Source: Candidatus Woesebacteria bacterium GW2011_GWB1_38_8b
Lineage (GTDB): Bacteria; Patescibacteriota; Microgenomatia; UBA8517
Assembly (NCBI GenBank): GCA_000993115.1
Contig: LBVN01000001.1
Location: 19,924-83,923, forward strand
Direction of reading: 5' to 3'
Length of the DNA: 64,000 nucleotides
In this document: positions 48,405-57,885 of the stretch, piece by piece
Layout: every line of letters begins with the position of its first letter
Numbering within the stretch: the stretch's first letter is position 1
Made by a program: the position numbers and the translations under genes
The notes under the pieces: model-generated
What the model was told of the DNA's origin: nothing
The model's input: the letters and a program-made list of their open reading frames with translations, nothing else
Database searches by the model: none

Positions 48405-49880
48405 TTATTCTTTGTTTCCAGGCTTTAAAGTCGGAAACAAAATTACCTCTTTAATCATCCAAGTATTTGTAAAAAACATAGTCAATCTGTCAATCCCAAT
48501 TCCAATTCCCCCAATTGGCGGCATTCCGTATTCCATTGCCTCAATAAAATCCTCATCAACCTGCTGTGCTTCTTCTTTATCCTTGCGAGCCGCTTTGACA
48601 TCGTCTTCAAATCTTTCTCTTTGGTCAATTGGGTCGGTTAATTCGCTCCATCCATCGCAAATTTCCTTTCCCCCAATATAACCCTCAAATCGCTCTACCC
48701 AATCACCCACCTCATCTTTAAGTTTGGAAAGAGGAGATACATCGCGTGGGTAATCGATTATCCAAGTAGGTTCCATCAAAGTTTTTGAAATTAGTTTATC
48801 AAAAATCAAAAATATAAGCTGACCTTTAGTTTCACCACCAACCAAATCTAATCTTTTATCTTTGCAATAACTATTCAATTCATCTAATGACATCGAATTA
48901 ACATCTATCTCCAGATTATCTTTTACAATATCGACCATCGAAATTCTCGGCCAACTCTTTCCAATGTCAATCTCATTTTCATCAACCTTGATTTTCATTT
49001 CTCCAAAAAGTTTTTGAGCTAGGTGTTTAAATAACCCCTCAGTTACATCCATTACGTTTTGGTAGTCAGTATATGCGGCATAGTATTCAATCATTGTAAA
49101 TTCCGGGCTGTGCACCTGGTCAATTCCCTCATTTCTGAAATCTTTACATATCTCATAGACTTTTTCATAACCGGCAACTATTAGCCTTTTAAGGTAAAGT
49201 TCGTCAGCAATTCTTAGATAAAATTCCGAATCGAGAGCATTATGGTAAGTTTTAAAGGGTTTGGCGTTTGCCCCACCATAAAGCGGTTGTAACGTTGGTG
49301 TTTCTACTTCGCTATACCCCAAATCGTCTAAATACCTCCTGATTTCTCGAACAAGTTTTACCCTTGTATCAAATCTTATTTTGACATCAGGATTAAACAT
49401 AAGATCTAAGTAACGCTTACGATAACGTTCTTCTACATCTTTTAATCCATGCCAAGTTGACGGAAGCGGACGGATTGACTTTGAAAGAAGTTGATAATCG
49501 ATTACATCTACAGTTGTCTCTCCCGCTTGGGTTTTGAAAACTTTACCTTTTGCGTACAAAAAATCACCCACATCCAGAAGTTTTAACGTTTTGAAATTGT
49601 CTTCAAGAGTTTTTTTCTGGAACAAAAGCTGAATTTTTCCGGATTCGTCTTTCAAATCGGCAAAAATTATATTTCCATGTTCACGATAGGACATTAAGCG
49701 TCCTGCAACCTCGACAAAGTCGTCCCGCGAAGCTTCAGCGAAGTGGGACTCTCTAATATTAACTATTGGTACGGTGGTTCCTTTAGTTTTTGAAGGATAT
49801 GGGTTAATGCCCAAATCATGAAGCTTTTGAACTTTTTCCAATCTTATTTTTTTAATTTGTTCCAGTGTCTGCTCAGCCAT
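48405..49880 (-). CDS. lysS: Lysyl-tRNA synthetase (class II)
   Basis: RYRKRYLDL, YGGANAKPF, FRNEG, HSPEFTMIE, YGMPPIGGIGIGIDRL. Confidence 0.99.
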   Translation of the reverse strand: MAEQTLEQIKKIRLEKVQKLHDLGINPYPSKTKGTTVPIVNIRESHFAEASRDDFVEVAGRLMSYREHGNIIFADLKDESGKIQLLFQKKTLEDNFKTLKLLDVGDFLYAKGKVFKTQAGETTVDVIDYQLLSKSIRPLPSTWHGLKDVEERYRKRYLDLMFNPDVKIRFDTRVKLVREIRRYLDDLGYSEVETPTLQPLYGGANAKPFKTYHNALDSEFYLRIADELYLKRLIVAGYEKVYEICKDFRNEGIDQVHSPEFTMIEYYAAYTDYQNVMDVTEGLFKHLAQKLFGEMKIKVDENEIDIGKSWPRISMVDIVKDNLEIDVNSMSLDELNSYCKDKRLDLVGGETKGQLIFLIFDKLISKTLMEPTWIIDYPRDVSPLSKLKDEVGDWVERFEGYIGGKEICDGWSELTDPIDQRERFEDDVKAARKDKEEAQQVDEDFIEAMEYGMPPIGGIGIGIDRLTMFFTNTWMIKEVILFPTLKPGNKE

Positions 49881-50027
49881 ACCTAGTGCAAGTTTATCAA
49901 AGAAGCATAGAGTAGTAAAATTTCCCTATAAATATAAGTCGAATATTTTTTAATAGGGAAATCTTTGGCTCTAAATTCAATCAATTCTCGCAATAATATT
50001 GCGCGCGTTTCTTGAAATTATAGTAAA

Positions 50028-50492
50028 TTATTCAATCGACAATATTTCGTAAGATATTTTTCCAGCTGGAGCGTCCACCTCAACTTTATCGCCAATCTTT
50101 TTTCCAAAAAGTGCCTGACCAAGGGGAGATGTATGGGAAATCTTTTTCTTCATAGGATCAGCTTCCCAATCACCAACAATCTCATATACCAATTGGTTAC
50201 CATTGAACTTAAGTGTCACATGCGTACCGAGGGCGATGCCTCCATTTTTTGCTCCCTGTTTAACCACGGTTGCGTATTTCAAAACATCTTCTAACTCCGA
50301 TATTCTGCCGTCTAAAAATTCAAGTTCGTCCTTGGCATTATGGTAATCGCTGTTTTCCGACAAGTCTCCCTGCAGCCTTGCGTTGGAAAGTCTGTCAACA
50401 ACTTTTGGTCTTTTGTTTTCAACTAAATCGTTAAGCTCTAACTTAAGAGCATCCAGACCTTTTTGTGTAATTTGTAATTGATTATTTTTCAT
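50028..50492 (-). CDS. greA: Transcription elongation factor GreA
   Basis: ARLQGDLSENSDY, ISHTSPLGQAL. Confidence 0.98.
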   Translation of the reverse strand: MKNNQLQITQKGLDALKLELNDLVENKRPKVVDRLSNARLQGDLSENSDYHNAKDELEFLDGRISELEDVLKYATVVKQGAKNGGIALGTHVTLKFNGNQLVYEIVGDWEADPMKKKISHTSPLGQALFGKKIGDKVEVDAPAGKISYEILSIE

Positions 50493-50513
50493 ATTTTTAA
50501 TAATTAAATACCT

Positions 50514-50548
50514 AAAAAAACTCTCCTTCTTTATTTTAGTAGGAGAGT
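50514..50548 (-). terminator. Intrinsic terminator in the greA leader
   Basis: Minus strand ACTCTCCT-13nt-AGGAGAGT followed by a T run, ~20 nt upstream of the greA ATG. Confidence 0.7.
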
Positions 50549-50642
50549 GTCATTTTTATTTCTCCCACCAAACTAGCGAACCTTAATGGAAAAGGTATTA
50601 CAAACGCCAGAGTGGAGGTAGAAATGGAAACTCATGGAGGAA

Positions 50643-50671
50643 ATTGTATATACGAATTAGTCCTTTGTCAA
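50643..50671 (-). promoter_or_regulatory. Sigma70 promoter for greA-lysS
   Basis: TTGACA-17nt-TACAAT on the minus strand. Confidence 0.8.
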
Positions 50672-50706
50672 GCATAGTGAGAGCTTATGATAACTATTTC
50701 AAAATT

Positions 50707-50775
50707 TTATTGCATATCTCTTGCGAAATCCAAACTTGGCGACAAAAACTACGCACTTAAGTGCGTAGAAGTTTA
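50707..50775 (+). repeat. Deleted copy of the double-hairpin element
   Basis: Near-identical to 57886..57987 but lacks the first hairpin (deletion between AATCCA repeats). Confidence 0.85.
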
Positions 50776-50799
50776 TTTTTTTTCAAGTATAATTGTCTG

Positions 50800-51930
50800 A
50801 TGCGTAAGAAAATAACAGTGTTTACCCTACTTCTGCTGGGATTGTTTTTCATTTCTGTTTCTGCATCTTATCTTTTTTTTATATATAAAAAGGTTTATGT
50901 TGCTCCCGTTAGTCCTCCACCAAATGCAACCCCTACTCCAACGCCTGACCCAATGGCACCTAAAAATATACTGCTTTTAGGTTACGGTGGTGCGGGCCAT
51001 GAAGGAGGCACTTTAACTGACACGATGATAGTTGCCCACTTAATTCCGAAAGAAAAAAAGGTATTTTTAATTTCAATTCCGCGTGACATTTGGGTACCGA
51101 TCCCGATGAAAAACGGTACTCAAAATTTTAAAATTAACCATGCATTTTCAATCGGAGTTGACGAAAAACGTTTTCCCGAAAAACTTCCTCAATATACAGG
51201 AATTGCAGGAGCGGGTTTGTTATCCCGCGAAATGGTCGGGTTAGTAACCGGCCTTAAAATCGATAATTTTGTATCGGTAAACTTTGAGGGCTTTAAAAAT
51301 ATAGTAAATATTTTAGGAGGAATTAACATTTACGTTCCTTATTCATTTAAAGACGAATATTATCCGATTAAGGGTAAAGAAGATGACACTTGCGGGCTAA
51401 CCGAAGAGCAATTGACAGCCATTCACGCGACACTTTCGGGACAGCTCTTAGAGCAGGAATTTAAATGTAGATTTGAAACCATAGAATTTACAAAGGGATT
51501 AATTTTGATGGACGGAGAAACTTCGCTTAAATTCGTCCGTTCAAGACATTCCGATATTAACGGGGGCGATTTTGGCCGATCGCTCCGACAACAGGCGTTT
51601 ATCGTCGCTGTTAAAAATAAACTTCTAAGTTTTGGCAGTTTTACAAAATTAATCCCTGTAATAAACAGTATTTCAAAAAACACTCAAACAGATATCGATA
51701 TTAAAAGTGCCCTTAATTTTGTTTCGTCAAATTTTGAAATCGGAGATTTTGAAATAAAAACAGTAACACTAACTACCGATAACGTATTAACAGATACAAT
51801 TTCTTCCGATAAACAGTACATTTTGATTCCAAAAGCCGGTGAAGGAAATTGGGACGAAATTCATAAATTTATTTCTGACGCAGTAACTCAAAAACCTACT
51901 GTCACTCAAACTCCGAAAGTCACAAATTAA
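50800..51930 (+). CDS. LCP (LytR-CpsA-Psr) family phosphotransferase
   Basis: NILLLG, TDTMI, ISIPRD, KINHA, FVRSRH, DFGRSLRQQ; ATG at 50800 preferred as start. Confidence 0.95.
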   Translation: MRKKITVFTLLLLGLFFISVSASYLFFIYKKVYVAPVSPPPNATPTPTPDPMAPKNILLLGYGGAGHEGGTLTDTMIVAHLIPKEKKVFLISIPRDIWVPIPMKNGTQNFKINHAFSIGVDEKRFPEKLPQYTGIAGAGLLSREMVGLVTGLKIDNFVSVNFEGFKNIVNILGGINIYVPYSFKDEYYPIKGKEDDTCGLTEEQLTAIHATLSGQLLEQEFKCRFETIEFTKGLILMDGETSLKFVRSRHSDINGGDFGRSLRQQAFIVAVKNKLLSFGSFTKLIPVINSISKNTQTDIDIKSALNFVSSNFEIGDFEIKTVTLTTDNVLTDTISSDKQYILIPKAGEGNWDEIHKFISDAVTQKPTVTQTPKVTN

Positions 51931-51957
51931 ATTTAATTTAGTGTAAAATTTGATAGT

Positions 51958-52434
51958 ATGAAGCTACTGAAAATCCACGTTTTAACCTTAGTACTTTGCA
52001 TTTTTGCTGCACAATCGGCAGGACTTATCGGCGCTATATTTACATTTTCGGCAATTGATTCTTGGTATTTAGGTCTCAATAAACCGTTTTTCAATCCTCC
52101 CAACTGGATTTTTGGGCCGGTTTGGACTATATTGTATTCACTTATCGGTATATCTTTATACTTTGTAATAATCTCCAAAAACAAACTTCGGTCTAAAACT
52201 TTGAAATTATTTTTTATACATCTCGTATTAAACGGTTTGTGGTCAATAATATTTTTCGGATTGAAAAACCCCGCGGTTGCGCTTATGGAAATTCTAATTA
52301 TGTGGACTACTTTAATTTATCTGATGTATTTATTTAATCGTTTTGAAAAAAGAGCATTTTATTTATTCATACCATATTTACTTTGGGTAACTTTTGCCTC
52401 TATTCTTAACTTATCGATTTGGTATTTAAATTGA
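51958..52434 (+). CDS. tspO: TspO/MBR tryptophan-rich sensory protein
   Basis: WYLGLNKPFFNPPNWIFGPVWTILY, LNGLWSIIFFG, PYLLWVTFA. Confidence 0.93.
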   Translation: MKLLKIHVLTLVLCIFAAQSAGLIGAIFTFSAIDSWYLGLNKPFFNPPNWIFGPVWTILYSLIGISLYFVIISKNKLRSKTLKLFFIHLVLNGLWSIIFFGLKNPAVALMEILIMWTTLIYLMYLFNRFEKRAFYLFIPYLLWVTFASILNLSIWYLN

Positions 52435-52437
52435 AGT

Positions 52438-52689
52438 CTACTTCGTGGATTTAACAATACCTTCAATATAGCTTGGAGGGACCAATTTCTGAATCAAAGG
52501 AATGGAATCAACTGATAAAACGAATCGGTAAAATAAAGCAATTACCCCTCCGGCTACTAGTGTAGCTCCAATTGCGGTTCCGATTCCCTGTAGCAGGGAT
52601 AACAAAAATGCTCTTTTAAAAGAATTTTGTTTTGAAAGTGTCTGGTTTAAAATTTGAATATTCTTATTGATTTCCGAAAAATCATTCAT
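52438..52689 (-). CDS. Small membrane protein (DUF5665-like)
   Basis: FLLSLLQGIGTAIGATLV pattern. Confidence 0.6.
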   Translation of the reverse strand: MNDFSEINKNIQILNQTLSKQNSFKRAFLLSLLQGIGTAIGATLVAGGVIALFYRFVLSVDSIPLIQKLVPPSYIEGIVKSTK

Positions 52690-52718
52690 TATTTATTGTA
52701 ACAGTGTTTTTTTAATTT

Positions 52719-53534
52719 ATGAAAGTGTTACTATTAAATATGAAGTCAAGATCTAAGATAGAAACAGTTTCAATTGTTTTTATTTTGGTATTATTTTTTA
52801 CTGCAGGTTTTTTAGTGTTTTCAGGTCTTTTAAATTTGTTCAAAGGTAAAGACAAGACTTCGCAAATTATCGCTGATTTGAAAAAACCTGAAATCACTAT
52901 AAGCGGAATTATCTTCACAAGCGGTCTATCGGACGATGAAAAAAATACTTTTAAAATAAATAGTGATTATCAACTCATAAAGTCAGCTCCGGAAAATAGT
53001 TGGGAAGATCCTGTTAATACTTATTTTCTTTATGCGAATGGGTTGGATCTTTCGAAATATCTCGGTAAATGCGTTAATTTGACCGGGTACTTATATAGCG
53101 GTTGGGAAAATATTGACAAAAATAATTTTTTAGTTAACGGAAGATGGACCTACGACCGATCGGCATTTGCAATCGGTTCTGTAAGTGAGAAAGGGTTGAC
53201 CGAGTGTATAAACGATTTTGACAATACTGTAAAACCTGCTGAAGGAGAAAAAATTAAACACCTAACTTTTACCGGAATATTAAATATTTCCAAGAGACCA
53301 TCTCCGGATATAAACTATGATTTCCAGTTACAACTGGACAAACCGTTCATAGATGACGTAAACCCAACCGGAGAGTTGGTTGGACAAAATGAATTAGTTA
53401 TACTACCTGCAACTGATGAATTATTAGTTGAGTTTTTGGGTAACGTTGAAAAACAGGTTGAGATTGGTGGCTATATGCAGTGGGGTTATTCCGAATCAAG
53501 GTTTTTAACGGTTGATAGTCTTAAATCGTTGTAG
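52719..53534 (+). CDS. Membrane-anchored hypothetical protein, possibly two OB-fold-like repeats
   Basis: N-terminal TM; YLGKCVNLTG and NVEKQVEIGG repeats. Confidence 0.6.
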   Translation: MKVLLLNMKSRSKIETVSIVFILVLFFTAGFLVFSGLLNLFKGKDKTSQIIADLKKPEITISGIIFTSGLSDDEKNTFKINSDYQLIKSAPENSWEDPVNTYFLYANGLDLSKYLGKCVNLTGYLYSGWENIDKNNFLVNGRWTYDRSAFAIGSVSEKGLTECINDFDNTVKPAEGEKIKHLTFTGILNISKRPSPDINYDFQLQLDKPFIDDVNPTGELVGQNELVILPATDELLVEFLGNVEKQVEIGGYMQWGYSESRFLTVDSLKSL

Positions 53535-53547
53535 ATTAGATTGGCAT

Positions 53548-54015
53548 ATGCCCACGAAGAAAAATTTATTTTATTTACAAACTTTACTTCTTTTCTCGGG
53601 CGTTGTTTTTTCCTGGGGAAATGTTTTAAAAGAATTTAAAATTTATTTTGCAGCGGGTGGACAAATACTTCAAACCGCAGGATGTCCGGTCACAAACCCG
53701 ATTATAACTCCGTGTTTTTGGGGAGCAACGGCTTTCTTAATCGCCTTAATCTGGTCTTCATATATAATTCAGGCAAAATCCACAGGACAAATCTCAAATG
53801 AAATTAGATTGAAGTGGTTTTTGGTTGCATCTACAATTTTCGGTTGGGGAAATGTAGCCTTGGAATTTTATAAATATTACGCTTCAAAAATGCAACCGAT
53901 TGTCTCCTGCACTGGAGTTATAAAAAGTCCAATCTATGCACCATGTTTTACTGGGTCAATAATTTTTCTTGCTTCACTTATTTTTACTTCAATAATTATT
54001 AAAAAGTTAAAGTGA
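53548..54015 (+). CDS. Four-TM membrane protein with two Cys pairs (internally duplicated)
   Basis: SWGNVLKEFKIY..GC..NPIITPCFWG and GWGNVALEFYKY..SC..SPIYAPCFTG. Confidence 0.7.
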   Translation: MPTKKNLFYLQTLLLFSGVVFSWGNVLKEFKIYFAAGGQILQTAGCPVTNPIITPCFWGATAFLIALIWSSYIIQAKSTGQISNEIRLKWFLVASTIFGWGNVALEFYKYYASKMQPIVSCTGVIKSPIYAPCFTGSIIFLASLIFTSIIIKKLK

Positions 54016-54030
54016 CCCCACCGGGATTCG
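54011..54030 (-). repeat. Duplicated tRNA-Glu 3' end (att-like direct repeat)
   Basis: agtgaccccaccgggattcg is identical to 55319-55338. Confidence 0.9.
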
Positions 54031-54244
54031 TGTGCATGATGTGCAACACATTACTTGTTCGCTATCGATCCCGAGGTGGAACGAGCTGCAAGCGAGTGAC
54101 CTCGCTGTCCAAGAAATGGAACACCTTACAAGATTACTTTTCTAAACTGTATTTTACCTTCCAAGAATTGAACCTACAACCTCAATTAGAAACCAACTTC
54201 GCTACAATCTAAACAGGGTTTTTCTATTAATTGCTACAACAACT

Positions 54245-54541
54245 TCAAGGAATAGCGGGTGGTGTGGGTAGTAAATTAACACCCCAACCTACAGAAAGAG
54301 CATTTATTGCTGCCCAAATAAGGAATACTAAAATTAAACCTAATAATCCTGCTGGTAACCCTCCAAATGATATCATCAACCACCTATTCAGCTTCTTGTT
54401 ATCCTTATTCTTTTTTGTCAGTTTAATAATCAATAAAATTATCCCAACAGGAATAGATAAAATCATCCAAAGAAAAAAAGCAAGAGATAATATTATTAAA
54501 ATAAGAGTAACAAGCACAGATATGATTTTTATAAGTATCAC
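54245..54541 (-). CDS. Hypothetical membrane protein (islet cargo)
   Basis: Highly hydrophobic 98 aa; AAGGGGGTG RBS-like sequence near the start. Confidence 0.6.
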   Translation of the reverse strand: MILIKIISVLVTLILIILSLAFFLWMILSIPVGIILLIIKLTKKNKDNKKLNRWLMISFGGLPAGLLGLILVFLIWAAINALSVGWGVNLLPTPPAIP

Positions 54542-54574
54542 CCCCTTCTTAAACTTAAAAGTTTAACGAAATAT

Positions 54575-55264
54575 TTACCTACCTATGATTTTACCAATGA
54601 AATTATGTACCCTTACAGTAGTATCTCCAATTTTTACTATTATATTTTCATTACAATTTGATTGAATTTTTAATTGATTACAGTAAAATTTATATACCTC
54701 TGATAACGAAAATGATAATAAAGAAAATCCTAACAAAAATGCCATAAGACCTCCCCATATCTCTGAGGTACGGGAAAGCTTATCAGTTCTCATTTTCAAC
54801 TTAGACCAAAGAGTTCCTGTCATTTCAAACTTCCTCTCTGTAGCAGTTATAAATTTATTACCAGTTAAAAAACCTAATCCAAGAACAAGAAAAAAGATTG
54901 AGGCAAGTGGAATTGCAAGGACAATTGAGGTTAATATTGCAAAAATAAAAATAAATAAAAATGTTTCTGAAATGCTCTTAGGAAGAAAATCCAAATTATA
55001 TTTATTAATATCTAACGACTTGAAAAATAGAAAAAATAGCAAATTAAAAATTACAAATATGATATTAGCCAAAAAGTAATAAATAGGATACCTGATTGAC
55101 CGCTTGTTGTTCTTCCACAAATTCTTAAATAGAGCAATTGTGAAAATTAGGACTGGAATAATTATAATAATCAGATAGAGGAAGTTTTCTGATTGGTTAA
55201 ATATAGTCCTCATAATTAAGAGTATATTAACTATAAGATATAGTACCACCCAAAGTAGAATCAA
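54575..55264 (-). CDS. Hypothetical multi-pass membrane protein (islet cargo)
   Basis: About five TM segments; start uncertain. Confidence 0.6.
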   Translation of the reverse strand: MILLWVVLYLIVNILLIMRTIFNQSENFLYLIIIIIPVLIFTIALFKNLWKNNKRSIRYPIYYFLANIIFVIFNLLFFLFFKSLDINKYNLDFLPKSISETFLFIFIFAILTSIVLAIPLASIFFLVLGLGFLTGNKFITATERKFEMTGTLWSKLKMRTDKLSRTSEIWGGLMAFLLGFSLLSFSLSEVYKFYCNQLKIQSNCNENIIVKIGDTTVRVHNFIGKIIGR

Positions 55265-55320
55265 ACATATTTAGCCTCAGTTTTGTACTAGAATTGGTAA
55301 ATTTCGAAAACAGTCTCTAG

Positions 55321-55392
55321 TGACCCCACCGGGATTCGAACCCGAATTACTAGGATGAGAACCTAGCGTCCTAGCCATTAGACGATGGGGCC
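55321..55392 (-). tRNA. tRNA-Glu (anticodon CTC)
   Basis: GGCCCCA/TGGGGTC acceptor stem, CTAGG-TTCTCAT-CCTAG anticodon arm, GGTTCGAATCC T arm; CCA not encoded. Confidence 0.95.
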
Positions 55393-55429
55393 AATTACGA
55401 ATATTTTATCACAAATCGAAGCTAATTTC

Positions 55430-57829
55430 TTATCCGGAGATTGGTAGAGGTTTTTTCAAAGCAGTTGCCAATACGTCATCAAGCCGATTGAAAAACAAAA
55501 ATTTAATTTCTTTTTTGACCTTATCCGGAACGTCTTCCATGTCTTTTTCGTTATCGGCTGGAAGAATTATTGTCTTTAATCCAGCACGATGGCCAGCGAT
55601 GACCTTTTCTTTAACTCCCCCTATTTCCATAACACGCCCACGAAGAGTAACTTCTCCAGTCATACCTACATATCGCTTAACGGGAATTTTGGTTAAAGCC
55701 GAAACGAGTGCTGTTGAAATTGCAATTCCTGCTGAAGGACCGTCTTTCGGAACCGCACCTTCGGGAACGTGTATATGAACATCCAAATTTCTTCCGAAAT
55801 TTTCTTTTAATCCAAGCTGTTTCCAATGTGACCTTGCCCATGTAAACGCGGCTTGGGCAGATTCTTTCATTACATCACCCAATTGCCCTGTAAGCATAAG
55901 TCTCCCTTTACCGGGCATTAATGCCACTTCAATAAATAAAATTTCCCCACCGGCAGCTGTTACTGCAAGTCCTGTCGAAAGTCCTATTTCATCACTTTTT
56001 TCAGCAATCATTGAAGATACTTTTCTCGGACCTAAGAATTTCCTTATGTCATCTTCCTTTATTGTGGTGGGAAATTTTTTACCTTCCGCAACAAGTCTTG
56101 CTATTTTTCGCAAAGAAGATGCCAAATTCCTTTCCAAATTTCTAACACCTGCTTCTCTTGTATAATGCTCAATCACTTCCGTTAATGCACCCGATGAAAG
56201 CTTAATTTTTTTATTCTCAAGCCCATGAACCCTAAGCTGTTTTGGCCATAAAAACTTTTCTGCAATATTAAACTTTTCATCCTGGGTATATCCGGGGAAA
56301 GAAATTACCTCCATTCTATCCCGCAGTGGCCCGGGAATGTTTTCCAAAACGTTTCCTGTACAAATAAACATAACTTGGGATAAATCAAAAGGGGCTTCCA
56401 AATAATGATCCGAAAATTCTTTATTTTGTTCCGGGTCAAGTGCTTCCAATAAAGCGGAACTTGGATCTCCACGGAAATCTACTCCTAGTTTATCGATTTC
56501 ATCAAGCATAAAAACGGGATTATTTGTTCCGGCATTTTTTATTCCTTGGATAACTCGACCCGGGAGCGCTCCCACATATGTTCGTCTGTGTCCACGAATT
56601 TCAGCTTCGTCCCTAATTCCTCCAAGGGAAACTCTTACAAATTTACGGCCTAAAGACCTCGCAATAGATTTTCCAATCGAAGTTTTTCCTACACCCGGAG
56701 GGCCGATAAAACAAAGAATGGTCGGCATTTGCTGAGATTCTTTTTCATCTTTTTTACTTTTTTGGGATTTCTTACCTTTAATTTTCATGACAGAAAGATA
56801 CTCAAGAATTCTCTCTTTTGCTTTTTTAATTCCGTAATGATCATTTTCCAAAACTTTTGCAGCGTGTTTTATTGAAACATCATTAGGAGAACTTTTACTC
56901 CAAGGCATATCACAAAGCCAATCCAGGTAATTTCTGATGTATCCGCCTTCCGGATTGTTAGGAGACATTTGGGTCAGCCTTTTTAATTCCTTTTCTGCCT
57001 TCTCATGAACTTCTTTCGGCATACCCGCATCTTTAATTTTTTTCTTATATTCTTTCAGTTCTTCTCCGCTTAAATCCCCTTCTTCGATTTCTCCAAGCTC
57101 TTCTTCGATCGTTTTTTTCTTCTCGCGTAGCATCGCTTTGCGCATTTGATCCTCAAATCTTTTTTGGGTTTTTGAAGAAATCGTTTTTTCAAGCTCTAAT
57201 ATATTTACTTCTTTTGACAAATACTCATGGACTTTGTTAAGACGAAGCTTTAATCCGTGGGTTTCGAGAAGCTGTTGTTTTTCGAGAGTTTTGACCTCCA
57301 ACAAAGATGCGACCTGGTCAGCAACTTCAATCGGCTCAATATTTCCCGAAACAAGTCTCATGACCGTCATTATTTCTGCCTGTTTTCCAAGATTCACCGA
57401 TTTTTTAAAGAGGTCTACTAATTTATTGGAAAGAGCTGCCGCTTCCTCACTTTTATCAAGGTCGGGAGCAACTTCTTCAACCCTGCCGATTAAATAAGGA
57501 TCAGTGGAAATAATTTCCAAAAGTTTTGCCCTGACCTGACCTTTGACAACCGCGTGAATTTCTCCCTCCGTTGACATCATCTGAGTAATCGTTGCAATGG
57601 TACCTAATTCATAAAGATCTTCTTTTCCGGGATCTGCGGTTTTGGGGTCTTTTTGTGTAAAAATAGCAACAATCCTATCCTGCTGGAAAGCGGCATTAAC
57701 CGCCTCAACGCTTTTTTTTCTTCCGAATGACAAAACCGCGTCGGTATAAGGAAACACAACTGAGCCTCGAATAGCTACAATGGGGATTTGTCGTGTAACA
57801 ATAGTGTCCTCTATTTTTTCTCCTTCCAT
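55430..57829 (-). CDS. lon: ATP-dependent Lon protease
   Basis: LON N domain, [37 protein letters not shown]; ATG at 57829 preferred as start. Confidence 0.98.
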   Translation of the reverse strand: MEGEKIEDTIVTRQIPIVAIRGSVVFPYTDAVLSFGRKKSVEAVNAAFQQDRIVAIFTQKDPKTADPGKEDLYELGTIATITQMMSTEGEIHAVVKGQVRAKLLEIISTDPYLIGRVEEVAPDLDKSEEAAALSNKLVDLFKKSVNLGKQAEIMTVMRLVSGNIEPIEVADQVASLLEVKTLEKQQLLETHGLKLRLNKVHEYLSKEVNILELEKTISSKTQKRFEDQMRKAMLREKKKTIEEELGEIEEGDLSGEELKEYKKKIKDAGMPKEVHEKAEKELKRLTQMSPNNPEGGYIRNYLDWLCDMPWSKSSPNDVSIKHAAKVLENDHYGIKKAKERILEYLSVMKIKGKKSQKSKKDEKESQQMPTILCFIGPPGVGKTSIGKSIARSLGRKFVRVSLGGIRDEAEIRGHRRTYVGALPGRVIQGIKNAGTNNPVFMLDEIDKLGVDFRGDPSSALLEALDPEQNKEFSDHYLEAPFDLSQVMFICTGNVLENIPGPLRDRMEVISFPGYTQDEKFNIAEKFLWPKQLRVHGLENKKIKLSSGALTEVIEHYTREAGVRNLERNLASSLRKIARLVAEGKKFPTTIKEDDIRKFLGPRKVSSMIAEKSDEIGLSTGLAVTAAGGEILFIEVALMPGKGRLMLTGQLGDVMKESAQAAFTWARSHWKQLGLKENFGRNLDVHIHVPEGAVPKDGPSAGIAISTALVSALTKIPVKRYVGMTGEVTLRGRVMEIGGVKEKVIAGHRAGLKTIILPADNEKDMEDVPDKVKKEIKFLFFNRLDDVLATALKKPLPISG

Positions 57830-57843
57830 GATATTTAAAAGCT

Positions 57844-57877
57844 TTAGCAGTCTATTGCAGCTAGTGCTAAATGTCAA
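57844..57877 (-). promoter_or_regulatory. lon promoter overlapped by a CIRCE (HrcA operator)
   Basis: TTGACA-17nt-TAGACT; TTAGCACTA-N9-GACTGCTAA (57844-57870) versus consensus TTAGCACTC-N9-GAGTGCTAA. Confidence 0.85.
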
Positions 57878-57885
57878 GCACTAAA

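Larger units (their letters stand above)
54031..55318. mobile_element. 1.3-kb genomic islet integrated at tRNA-Glu
   Basis: Bounded by 20-bp direct repeats; very AT-rich; two membrane ORFs; no integrase. Confidence 0.75.

Noticed and set aside
54012-54212. 66-aa ORF beginning in the att repeat
   Set aside because: Starts inside the tRNA-derived repeat with no RBS; at most a remnant.
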